Positions 1 through 11,446 of a DNA stretch of 64,000 nucleotides are shown one piece after another; position 1 is the stretch's first letter, and each line of letters begins with the position of its first letter. The DNA lies in assembly GCA_964016885.1 (NCBI GenBank), contig OZ024742.1:356066001-356130000 (forward strand). Reading direction: 5' to 3'. The notes under the pieces were generated by a model. The model was not told the origin of the DNA and searched no databases. It saw only the letters and a list, made by a program, of their open reading frames with translations. The stretch is from Eledone cirrhosa (lineage: Eukaryota). Both the position numbers and the translations under genes were made by a program.

Positions 1-413
1 TTAACATATCCATTTATTCTTCCTTTCGTTACCCCAGATAAAATTACAACAAGGCTTTCTAAGCATGTTTGGTTTCTAAAGAGAACAAGTCCACCGGCTT
101 TTAAAATCAAATGGTGAAACAATGAATGAGATTTATCCTATGTATATATTAGATTTTCTTTCAGTTTGCATTAGAAATCATTCCTAAGTGAAACGTGGTG
201 TAAAGGAGGGGTGTGAAAGGATGGATTGTTGTACCCATGTTTTAAAACATTTATTTTCCAACTATGTACTAATATGCGAATGATTTCAAGAATATTGCAT
301 ATATCAATAATATAAATCCTATCACATCCAGATGGTTTCAAAGTAGTCTTAAAGTGTAAGTTTTCTTCAACAGTTACGTTTTCACACTTAGGTTATACTT
401 TTTTTAATTCATA

Positions 414-630
414 GTGCGCTGAATGGACCGTATCGGTGGCGATTAGGAGAAAGTGCCTTACAGAATTTAGTTAGGACTTTCTGAGTTCAATTCCAACCGA
501 GATCAACGTTGCTTTTCACTTTTCCAGGATCGATAAAATAAAGTACCAGTTATATACTTTTGTCTATATATATGACCTTCCTCTTCTCCCCGATGTTGCT
601 CATACTGTGCTAATGATAGAAACAATTATT
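414..630 (+). mobile_element. Diverged tRNA-derived SINE (family with GCCTTTCATCC..GGTCGATAAAATAAAGTACCAG central domain)
   Basis: B-box-like GAGTTCAATTCC, then GATCGATAAAATAAAGTACCAG and an AGAAACAATTATT tail, matching many copies in this window. Confidence 0.75.
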
Positions 631-1674
631 TCAATTCACGCTCATATACACAGGTTTCTTGATATATCCAGATATATCCAGAATGCAGAGCCTTCTCACT
701 CCTGTTGGAGAAAGTCCTACCTGGTTGTCCACTTTCCATCTCTGGCCATGGGAAACCGAGGTATCGGGTCATATCATTGCATCAACTGGCTTTTAGCCAC
801 TCTCTGGTTCTTCTTTACAGAATTCCATACTTTTCATAGTGTTATTTCTACTTTATATATTCCATCTTCCCTTCACTAAATGGTAACTGTTTTCTATCTT
901 TAAAATGAATATTACATTTTTAACAACTAATATCATTTTGATCCATTTTATCCTCTCATCAATTGTTACGTCTCCACTGATTAATATGTTCGTTTTTGTA
1001 ATCTCTGATGATTGGAAACCAGAGACTCAGTGGAGAAATTATTAAAATTTCTGCTTTTAATATATATAGATAAATATATATGATTTCATATTGGATGTTT
1101 GTAGGTCATATAAATAATGACATTATAATGTCTGCAAAATCAATGCTAGATGTTATGAGATGTTTTTCTGACACTTTTGTTTACTTAGTAACGATGTCAT
1201 GTATGGCAAACTGATATGAATTTATAGTATGACAAACATTAAGTTTACTTCTCTGATCGCATGGTAACTAATAATCTTGAGCTTCATCAATATACGTGTT
1301 GATAACATGAAGAAGATAAGTGATGGTATTTTGGCACGAATCACAAGGTTCATAAAGTAAAATAATAAATAACTATACAATTGAGATTGTTTCGTTGTAG
1401 CTAGAAGTTTCATGGTTTAGCAGATCACACAACTTCACAATAACTCTCTACATCTGTATGTTTCTCTATATTAGGATTTACAAGAATAAATTTGATTGGT
1501 AGGAAATTATGTCATTGTATTGGTGGCAATATATATATATCTTTCAAGTGCCAAAAAAATCAAAACCTATTTTCCGACAAAAAAGGAAAATTATATATTT
1601 ATAACTTTGCATGTCTGAAAAACTGTTGAAACAGGCTGAGCACTGTTTTCCTGGTTCTTCCATCTAGTGATTTA

Positions 1675-1768
1675 TATATATATATATATATATATACATT
1701 ATATATATATATATATACATTATATATATATATATATATATATACATTATATATATATATATATATAC

Positions 1769-1800
<32 letters not shown>
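1675..1800. repeat. (TA)n microsatellite with CATTA interruptions
   Basis: Direct reading. Confidence 0.95.
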
Positions 1801-1803
<3 letters not shown>

Positions 1804-2010
1804 ATAATAATAAATGTGAAAACTAAAATCCGAAGAAGAGGGATCGATAGGGATAATACCTATATCAAATGTATAGGAGCCCTAGAGCAAATAGTTATTA
1901 AAGTTACAGATTAAATTTTAAGCAAAGATCGCTGCTTTCACCCTTACGGGGTCTTCTGAAGACCCCGTTAAGGGTGAAAGCAGCGATTCTTTGCTTAAAC
2001 TTTAATTTCT

Positions 2011-2016
<6 letters not shown>
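1800..2016 (-). mobile_element. Short (TA)n-inserted non-coding element with a fold-back palindrome (same family as 47498-48245)
   Basis: Arms 1911-1956 and 1958-2005 are near-perfect inverted repeats; 1800-1895 resembles 47498-47590 and 1958-2015 resembles 48183-48243. Confidence 0.75.
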
Positions 2017-2048
<32 letters not shown>

Positions 2049-2054
<6 letters not shown>

Positions 2055-4225
2055 TAATAAAAACAATGAATAAAAACAAAGAAACAGTTCCTTATATTAA
2101 AACATTCATCATTTTACGATCGTTTCTAGGATATATGTGTGTGTGTTGGGATGGATATCATATAGATCTATGTAAAAGTTTTATAAACTATCAGAGGGAA
2201 TATACATACCTACACATATATATGCTGTCTTCAGAAATAATATTTGTTTATTGAAAAAAACCCAACAAAGATTTAATATAATAGGTCTGTTTGGGAACAG
2301 GTTTTGAATTGAACAATAGAAAAGTAGTAAGTGTTCAAGTTAATAGAATAGTACTATTAGAAATTTTATTTAGGGGTAGAGGAATGCAGACTTCAGTTTT
2401 GAATGGAAAGAGTATTTTGAATGAAAAGATTACTTTGGGGATGAAAATAGGTGAAGCCGGTGAATAGGAAAAGGAAATTTGATGTTATTAAATAATAATG
2501 CTAATGTTAAAATCTAAGGAGAATAAAATTTTACTATAAATGTGTTAGTGAAAAATATCAATCTTATTTAAAGAATAAGGAATAAAAAGAAATTAAATTA
2601 ATTTAATTGATAGGTATATTTATAGGGATAAATTTATAATATTCATATAGATATGATAAATAAGAGTAAGATGTTATTAAAGAATGTTGTTAAAAACGAA
2701 GGAAAAAAAAAAAAAGTTGTTTTTTTGGGAGGGGGGGGGGGATAAATGTATTAGTGAGAAATAACAAACGTATATAGATTATAAGGAATTTAGATTCATA
2801 ACAGGAAATTAAAATAGTTTATATGTATACTTATTCGTATAAATTTTAGGAAAAGATAGCTGTAAAAGGGAAATAAAATTATGCAGTTCTTAGTAGTAGA
2901 ATATTAATTATAGGTTAACTAATTTAAAAAAATTAATTATAATAATTTGTAAAATATAAGTGTATATTAATTAGGTTTATAATATTGGAAAGTTTTTCTA
3001 ATTCTATGATTACATGATATAATTAATTCTTATCGCTCATTTAATGGGATATCCTTAGATTTCATTATTTCAAAAAGTTCCTGGGAACATAATCTACATT
3101 CATATCTATTATGTTGTTAAGGGGTGGCCCTTTTGAGCACACTCCAGGTTAAGTTATAATCGATATTATTTTTTCTATAATTATTAATTATTTAGCTAAG
3201 GATGTTGTATTAGCTAATGCGGCATTTTTAAAACTGTGTTTGTGGGTATTAAATCTTACTTTAAATTGGTTAGAAGTAGCTCCTATATATGAATAAGTTG
3301 AGTCCTTAGTGCTAATTTTACATTTATATACTATATTATTAATAAGCCAATTTCCTTTTAATGGGCAATTTGCTTTGTTTCTGCAGTTACAACCATTCGT
3401 GAATGTTATATCAGGGGAGTTAGTCAAATTAGGGGTGGAATTTTCTCGACTTTTTTGTATGTGAATGAGATGGTGGTTTGCTGTGGTTTATTTTAGTATT
3501 ATGGTTAGTTTGATGTGTTGGTGGTATATTCATGGTTGTTTTACATTTATATGCATTGTAGGCACTTATATTTTGTTGTATATTTTTGGTTGTTGAATAG
3601 GACAATTTGACCGTTGGTCTATTTAAAATTTGATTGTATTTATGGTTTGGCGGGAAGTTTTTCTCTAGGATAGTAAAAAATGTTTAGGTATATTATCTTT
3701 AATATGTAGATTAAATGGAGCATTATACCAAGTATCTCGTCTATTACGGTTTCGATGTTGTTTTTTTATTATTATATGATGTATCCTTATGTTTACTCGG
3801 AGAAATAGTATTAGTGATTTTATTACACATATTTTTAGTTAGATTCACTGATTTAGGTGTTTTAGCCTGATTATTAGGATTTGTGTTAGTAATGTTATTA
3901 ACATATATTGGAATATTAGGATGAATGGTTTTTTGAAAGTTATATTGTATATTAGAAGAGGTAGATAAATTAAGTTTTAAGTTGGTATTTTTGGGTATAG
4001 TGTGAGTGGTATTTAGGTGTGTATATTAGGTGTGTATATTTCATTTGGTGTTTGTTGGTAATATTGGGTTGTATGTTTGTAGTATTTTTGGTACAAGGTA
4101 TATATACTAATTTGTTTTTGTGGCCGCTTCTCGCTAAAGCTTCGTTATAAAAGGTCGCATTTTTATCAAATACATCTTGGTTAGATGAAAGGTTAGAAAT
4201 TCTGAGTGAGATATTATATGCTAGT
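2049..4225 (-). mobile_element. Penelope-like element (Naiad-type), 5'-truncated: RT C-terminus, Cys-rich linker, GIY-YIG endonuclease and 3' UTR
   Basis: Minus-strand peptides NISLRISNLSSNQDVFDKNATFYNEALARSG, WYNAPFN, CNCRNKANCPLKGNW-L-NNIVYKC...YIGATSNQFKVRFNTHKHSF and WSVLKRA..CRLC..E..LN.R; contains stops and frameshifts. Confidence 0.9.
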
Positions 4226-5897
4226 TTTTTTTTTAAATGCCGCATTAGCTAATACAGCATCCTTAGCTGAAATAATTAATAATTATAGAAAAAAGAATAT
4301 CGATTATAACTTGACCTGGAGTGTGCTCAAAAGGGCCACCTCTTACAAAATAATAGATATGAATGTAGATTATGTTCCCAGGAACTTTTAGAAATAATGA
4401 AATCTAAGGATATCCTATTAAATAAGCGATAAGAATTAATTATATCATGTAATCATAGAATTAGAAAAACTTTCAAATATTATAAACCTAATTAATATAC
4501 ACTTATATTTTACGAATTATTATAATTAATATTTTTAAATTAGTTAACCTATAATTAATATTCTACTACTAAGAACTGCATAATTTTATTTCCCTTTTAC
4601 AGCTATCTTTTCCTAAAATTGATACCAATAAGTATACATATAAACTATATTAATTTCCTGTTATGAATCTAAATTCCTTATAATCTATATAAGTTTGTTA
4701 TTTCTTACTAATACATTTATCCGCCCCCCCCCCCCCAAAAAAAAAACTTTGTTTTTTTCCTTCGTTGTTAACAACATTCTTTAATAACATCTAACTCTTA
4801 TTTATCATATCTATATGAATTAATATAAATTTATCCCTATAAATATACCTATCAATTAAATTAATTTAATTTCTTTTTATAGATCTATATTCATTATGCT
4901 TTAAATAAGATAGATATTTTTCACTAACACATTTATAGCAAAATTTTATTCTCCTTAGATTTTAACATTAGCATTATTCTTTAATAACATCAACTTTCCT
5001 TTTCCCATTCACCGGCTTCACCTATTTTCATCCCCATTTTCATCCCTATTTTCATTCAAAATACTCTTTCCATTCAAAACTGAAGTCTGCATTCCTCTAC
5101 CCCTAAATAAAATTTCTAATAGTACTATTCTATTAACTTGAACACTTACTACTTTTCTATTGTTCAATTCAAAACCTGTTCCCAAACAGACCTATTATAT
5201 TAAATCTTTGTTGGTTTTTTTTCAATAAACAAATATTATTTCTGAAGACAGCATATATATGTGTAGGTATGTATATTCCCTCTGATAGTTTATAAAACTT
5301 TTACATAGATCTATATGATATCCATCCCAACACACACACATATATCCTAGAAACGATCGTAAAATGATGAATTTTTTAATATAAGGAACTGTTTCTTTGT
5401 TTTTATTCATTGTTTTTATTAATTTATCTTGTCTCTGTTTTCCTGTGTTTTTCATCAAAAAAATGTTGAATAGATCTTCTCTTTTCATGATAATCTCTTC
5501 ATCTTCTTCGTCTCTAACTGTCCTTAGCACTATACACTTTCTTTCTTCTTCTCTTCGTCCTTAGCACTATACACTTTCCTTCTTTTTTCTCTTCGTCTTT
5601 CTTTCTAACTGTCCTTAACATTTTCACTACCAAATCAACTTTTTAAATGGAAGTTGTAATGTTTAAGGTATGTCAAATTTATTTATAAAACGGTTTATAT
5701 ATTGTATTTTGTCTGAGGAAGGCATACCATATTTTTAATGATATCCCTGAAATATATATAATGAAATAAATATTGTTTTATAAATATAGTTTCTATTTGT
5801 TTAATATCGTAAACCTACTCCAAAAACTTGTTGAGTGCTTTTATATCAGTTATAAAATATTTACTCGTTGTAACCCAACAATTTTAAATAAAACTTT
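4226..5897 (+). mobile_element. Second, oppositely oriented 3' fragment of the same PLE (EN C-terminus, 3' UTR, pseudo-LTR with hammerhead)
   Basis: 4226-5427 is the reverse complement of about 2049-3233; it continues into a hammerhead at 5705-5768 and ends at (TA)n. Confidence 0.85.
5705..5768 (+). ncRNA. Minimal (dimeric-type) type I hammerhead ribozyme of the PLE
   Basis: CTGAGGA 5713-5719; stem II AGGCATACCAT/ATGATATCCCT; GAAA 5749-5752; palindromic stem III TATATA; AUA cleavage triplet; stem I TATTTTGT/ATGAAATA. Confidence 0.8.
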
Positions 5898-6486
5898 TGT
5901 ATATATATATATATATTTGTATATATATATATATATTTGTTTTGCAAGGTTTGTGATATGAAACCGTGTGTCGAAACAAATATTGTTATACTTGGAGAGG
6001 GTCACATTGTTGTAAATATATTGCCAGAAATAATAACAGAACACACTCACTGCTTGGTTGGTTTTGCCTTCTGTATCTTTTATATCTCCATAGTTGGCAA
6101 TCAATGATATAAATATATATATATTTATATATATATATATATAGTCTATCAAAGTTCTTTCGTTGCAGATCTGCAACATCATCAGTGGTACTATTATGTT
6201 CCCTCGTTTTGTATTGTATTGTAATATCTACGCCATTTTTATTTTACTTATTTATTTATTCTTGTCTCCATCTCTGTTCATGCGTTTGCGTGTGTGTATA
6301 ATTTTTGGTGTGTGTGTTCGTGTTTGAGTGTAATTGTTTTGGTTTTTGTATTCTATATTTGTTTACTAGTGTGTTTATATGTGTTTGTTATTGTACTTGT
6401 GTATTTATTTATTTATTTATATTTCCCTTCAGTCAGTATTGTTTGTTTGGGTATGGTTGTTGTTGTTATTCCATTCATTTTTTTCT

Positions 6487-6489
6487 GTA

Positions 6490-6547
<58 letters not shown>

Positions 6548-6672
6548 TGTATGTGTGTAGACTTGTTTGTGTGTGTATGTCTGTGTATATGTGTGTGTAG
6601 ACTTGTTTGTGTGCGTGTATGTATGTATATATATATATGTATGTGTGTGTGTATATTTGTATGTATGTATAC
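6487..6672. repeat. (TA)n/(TG)n simple repeat
   Basis: Direct reading. Confidence 0.9.
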
Positions 6673-6725
6673 GTGAGAAATCGGTGCTGTGAGTGTTAGC
6701 GTAGTAGTGGGGGACCAGCTTTGGG

Positions 6726-7097
6726 TGTTGACAGGTTACACATGGATGACTGCAGCCAGTGGCTGAATATGAGTGGTCAAAAGGATGGTCGTGGCGGCTG
6801 GATTAGTGAACCAATGAGTAAGGCTGAAATAACAGGATGCTACTATGTGGTGCGGATGGGTTTAATTTTGAACACACAAGATATCTGAGGAACCGTCGAC
6901 TGCAGAGTCAGGTTCGATCTGTAACAGATCCTGCCTTGAGCTTATTGACGGAGAAACATATGTATTATGTTAATAAATTGTGGTTTGATGCATCACTGAT
7001 TTCTCGTTATCTATAATAATATACTCAGTTCTGCGCGATCATCGAGTGGTCAAGCGGCATACCGTCTACGGGCACATTTACCGGCAACCCTACAACA
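6726..7097 (+). mobile_element. Solo-LTR-like or pLTR-like element containing a hammerhead motif
   Basis: Ends TGTTGACAGGTT...AACCCTACAACA (imperfect TG..CA inverted termini); AATAAA near 6972; CTGAGGA 6885, CCGTCG/TGACGG stem, GAAA-CATATG-TA 6953-6964; no clear TSD. Confidence 0.5.
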
Positions 7098-7599
7098 ACT
7101 ATATATATACAAGCTTCTACATAATTTGGTATAATTTCACCCAACTTGTAAAAATTTTATAGTGAAACGAGTCGTCTGAGAAGTGATATATTTGATACAT
7201 CTCATATGAAATGATACAGCCAATTCTGCACACAATACAATATAGTTAGCACCCCGAACGTTTAATTAGGAATATAGTCAGATATTTCCTAATGTTTGTT
7301 GAGTGAGTTGGAATTTGGCCGGAGTATCGCTATTAGCTTTCTCCGTTTATGTATTTATATATATAATGTATGAGCACGCCGCTGATCGTTTTTTGATGTC
7401 CTGTGTTAAGCGCCGAAACATCTTAATCTCGGTTTACAGCTGATGGATTTCTTTTCTTCTCCTGTTTCGTCCATACTACCATCTTAAACTTTGTTTACAG
7501 TAACCACATAGCTCCTTTCGTTTCTTATAATTTTATATATACACACATATACAGCAGTTTGACAAAACAGATCGATAGAATGAGTACCAGATTATCTTC

Positions 7600-7920
7600 T
7601 GCCTTTGCACACATGCGTTTACATCTCGGCATCAGACATAACTTTTATCAAATGTCCTCATGCAAAATTCGACCGACACTGAACTTTCAAACCTTGCGCT
7701 ATTTAGCAATGGTTCTTATTGACTTTCTAGGGTTCTGGTGGGAAATTTGCTACATCTTCGTAAAAATCTGGCTGTTTTGGGAGGTATTAGGACTGTTCTT
7801 TTAAATTTGGCTACTTCTGTGGAATCTCTGTTAGCTGCTTCCAGCTATTTGCGGAATTTGACAATGAAAACCGTGCAGCTTCCAGAAACCAAGGAATTAC
7901 TATGCTCTGCCTGTAAGACA
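7600..7920 (-). pseudogene. Decayed Tc1/mariner-superfamily transposase N-terminal (HTH) fragment
   Basis: Minus-strand peptide NPRKSIRTIAK*RKV*KFSVGRILHEDI followed by a frameshifted KSY motif, resembling a mariner/maT HTH; many stops. Confidence 0.55.
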
Positions 7921-9490
7921 GTGATTACAGCATGTCTTTTTATTTGTATGGTTAGCTTGTTATTTGTCATAATTTATCTGAAACTAAATGATAATCCGAA
8001 GAAGTTAGATCTATTAAGACATCCTCAAAGAAATGAGTAACCCTACATATGAGAGAGAGAGGGAGAGAGAGAGCATGCTATAGAAAGTAATATTTTCGAA
8101 TGATTGTCAAAATGAAGAAAATCATTTTTCTCCATAAATTAAACTGCCGGCATATTGTCGACACTGGTACACTAGTATATAGTAAAGATGATTGGCCGCC
8201 AACGAAGTTAGCTAATGAATCCTCGTCCATTGGGCAGTTTAAGGTCTCTTGATAAGTATTCTATAGAGAACTTTGTTAATACGTTTAGTTCATCTGATTA
8301 CGTTATCGAATTCCAAGGTTAGGAAGGTTAATGGTAGTGATATATTTAAACCAAGTTCATTGAACGTTTCATTCAAGTTTCTCTATTTAACTATTCCCAG
8401 GGAGTTTAGCATTTTGAGCAGTGAATCGAGTATACACGGGCCTCAGAATTACAAAATGCATCTCCGTCCTAGTGTACAATCTTATTGAATATTAACTTGC
8501 ACCAAAATGGTTGATAACTATGTACACAAAGAGAGCCTTTGACTATAAAATCTCAGTTTCAATTATTCTGTCCCTATCGCATTAAGCATAATTTTAAATG
8601 TATAATAAGATTTTTAAAAGGTGAGATTGAATGTCTTCTATGAAAAAGGAGAAATTACTGGAATACTGACATAAATTTGGTTTCAAAACCATTGAATTCC
8701 TCTACATAACACCAGAAGAGAGTTAATCAAATCGGTTCAGCATGATCAATGAACTATGTTAAAGATAACAGAGCAACAATTTCTAAAATCAACATATGAA
8801 GATGACTACTATTAGGAAATCCAACTATAAATTCATATGCAGTAATATAACTAAAAACATATAATATATGAAATCAATCCTGCTACTAGTTCAAGATTTT
8901 CTCTAAAAACATCAAGGACACAATTTTTTTTCCATTTATTTCACTAACTGTTTATAAAATTGAAATATGAAAAGTGCAAAAAAAAAAAGCGTTTAATACA
9001 CTATTTACAAAGAAAAGAATAAAAAATGATTGGCAATTGAAGTGGTTCTTTATTGAAAACTAGCAGAAAAACCACCCTTCGATTTTATTTTGTGTATATT
9101 GATATTATACGCAGGTATATATACATGTAGATATGATACATCAAATAAAATCGTAATTGACAATATAAACAGAAATTGAACGAAGACTACATTACACTGT
9201 CTTATGTAATCAGTAACGTAATCCATGGTACATTATAAAGACGATATTATATATAAACTGCATTAGGAGAAAATTAGTATATTTATTTAAGCGATCGCCA
9301 CCGAAGTGTTGACATCGTACACTCTCTCTTTCTAAATATATGGTAGTTGAATTGATGGTGGTGGCGACCATATAGCGGAAGGGCAACTTTGAAAAGAAGT
9401 CAATTTTAAATTATTTATTTTTACTAAATTATTTTTGTTTACGAAATTGAGTAGATACATTATGTAATATTCATTCATTATTTATTCAAA

Positions 9491-9708
9491 GGTTAACTTT
9501 GCCTTTCATCCTTACGGGGTCGATAAAATAAAAAGTACCGGTAATGTACTGGGATAAGTGCTGGCCTTGTGCCAAAAGTAGAAACAATTATTTATTCAAA
9601 CCCCGCCGAGGTTAAATTTGCCTTTCATCCTTACGGGGTCGATAAAATAAAGTACCAGAAATTTACTGGGGTAATTGCTAGCCTTGTGCCAAAAAGTAGA
9701 AACAATTG
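9491..9708 (+). mobile_element. Two 5'-truncated SINE copies in tandem
   Basis: Each has TTTGCCTTTCATCCTTACGGGGTCGATAAAATAAA...GTAGAAACAATT; separated and flanked by ATTRTTTATTCAAA. Confidence 0.9.
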
Positions 9709-9879
9709 TTTATTCAAAGTAATCCAACTTATTTTACTAACGCGGAAAAAAAAAAACGTACGCAGTCCCGCAGACCTTCCTTTATTATAGTTTAGATGTG
9801 CTAACCAGGCTAGTGAGGCTATCGAGAAGGATTTTAGTGAAAGCTATCATCCTTTTCATGGCGGTTTGTAAAAGGAGCA

Positions 9880-10035
9880 CCACAGGCGCTGAGCTGGCTA
9901 GCCGCTGGTGTGAGCCCCGCGAGTTGGAGTGTCTTTTCCAGCGCGTCTCCCTTGCCGTCCTCCGGGGAAACGCCTTCTCCATTCTGTCCGCCGGGGCTGT
10001 GGGTGGGCCCCATCGCGAACCGTTGTAGTTGTTGT
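9880..10035 (+). mobile_element. 3' fragment of an RLE-type (CRE-like) non-LTR retrotransposon
   Basis: GAELASRWCEPRELECLFQRVSLAVLRGNAFSIL matches the Q-R-x-S-x-A-x-x-R-G-N-A C-terminal RLE motif; related copies at 25560, 49085 and 51716. Confidence 0.75.
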
Positions 10036-11200
10036 ATACAGATATTAACTCATCAATCCCATTGTCCTATAACTGAACATAAATTCCATTAGAAATACAT
10101 AAAAAAAGGAGCACTTTATGCTGTCATGTTTCATTCGCAGATGTTATAATAGTTTTAATGTTACTGAAAGTGGCAGGATTTTACCATACACGGGTTTGTT
10201 AATTACTCAACAACAGCGCTTTAATATTTTTCTTTACATCTTGTTAATAGGTAGGAGTTGCATCTTGGCATATAAAATGATTCCAGACAGTTATTCCACT
10301 ATGAGAGTAGCTGAATTCGTGACAAACCATAGTAAACAGATTATAGTAATTAAAGCCACATAGACACTTACTATCTAGCTAAAAACGTTACAGGGTAAAG
10401 TACATAGTTAAACGTAGTCTATATATCACAAAGTACGTCCATAAGTACAATTTCCAAATAGTCTTTAAATGTAAATTAGCACACCTAATAATATAGTCAG
10501 TCTAAACATTATAAATATAATTATTAGCATGGCACAAATGTCTTCCTATTTAAGAACAACAATTTTAATCAAGTGATGCAACATTATAGTCAGTAAAACA
10601 AATTGCAAATTGAAGCAATTTGATATCTTTGAGTATTATCCATACATTATAAAACACCTTTCTCATAAACTCTAAAATTTGGCAGAAGCTTCAAAATATC
10701 AGTGAGACAAACATAACTCTGACAAGACTCTTCATGAAAATACTTTTTATCAAAATAACGTTTTATATAACAAATATTTATCGAAGGACTTTTTATGGAA
10801 ATTGTTTCGTAGAATAATTTTAATGTAAATAAAAAGAGAAATACCATCTAAAAAATGTTGTGTAGAAAACAATAACGTTTCAAGTGTCTACATGAACTAG
10901 TTTTATAATTTAGTTATGTTACAGATAGCAGATTATTAATTATTTAATTAGATGTTTATTTACTGCATCATAATGCATTTTTTTCGCAAATTGCATGAAT
11001 GGTGACGCAAATGAATTATTCTGCCATATAATATATTCACAAAATTAATAAAAAATGATAGAAACTCGTGTTATCACCAAATTAGTAACACTTCTTAGAG
11101 TAAAGGAGGAAAGTGACTCACTACATGATATCTCAACAGATGGCAAGGATCTAGCATTTATGATTTAGTAGCCCTGTGTGTATGTATATATGTATATACA

Positions 11201-11392
11201 TACTCTTGAGTGCTACTGGTAACATGTAAACCAGTACAACCTGTCGCATGGTCGGGTCGTCGGCGACTAAACTGGCAACCCCACCAAGTTTACTTGGTGA
11301 GGAGGGTGATTTTGGACACCCTGCAGGACAAAAAACAAAACCTGACAAAGAGCGGAAGAACTGATAAGAGTCAACGGCCATCCAAAAATGTG
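11201..11392. mobile_element. Unclassified ~190-bp GC-richer insert in a (TA/TG)n tract
   Basis: Flanked by microsatellite on both sides; internal hairpin CACCAAGT-TT-ACTTGGTG. Confidence 0.4.
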
Positions 11393-11446
11393 TAAATATG
11401 TATATTCACATGTACATAAGTATATGTATGTATATACGTGTGTATA

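Noticed and set aside
2066-5530. Duplicated small ORF MNKNKETVPYIK... at 2066 (+) and 5222 (-)
   Set aside because: Antisense to the PLE 3' UTR; the duplication is explained by the inverted repeat.
8290-8500. Possible ancient CR1/L2 3' fragment on the minus strand
   Set aside because: Too degraded to support without a database search.
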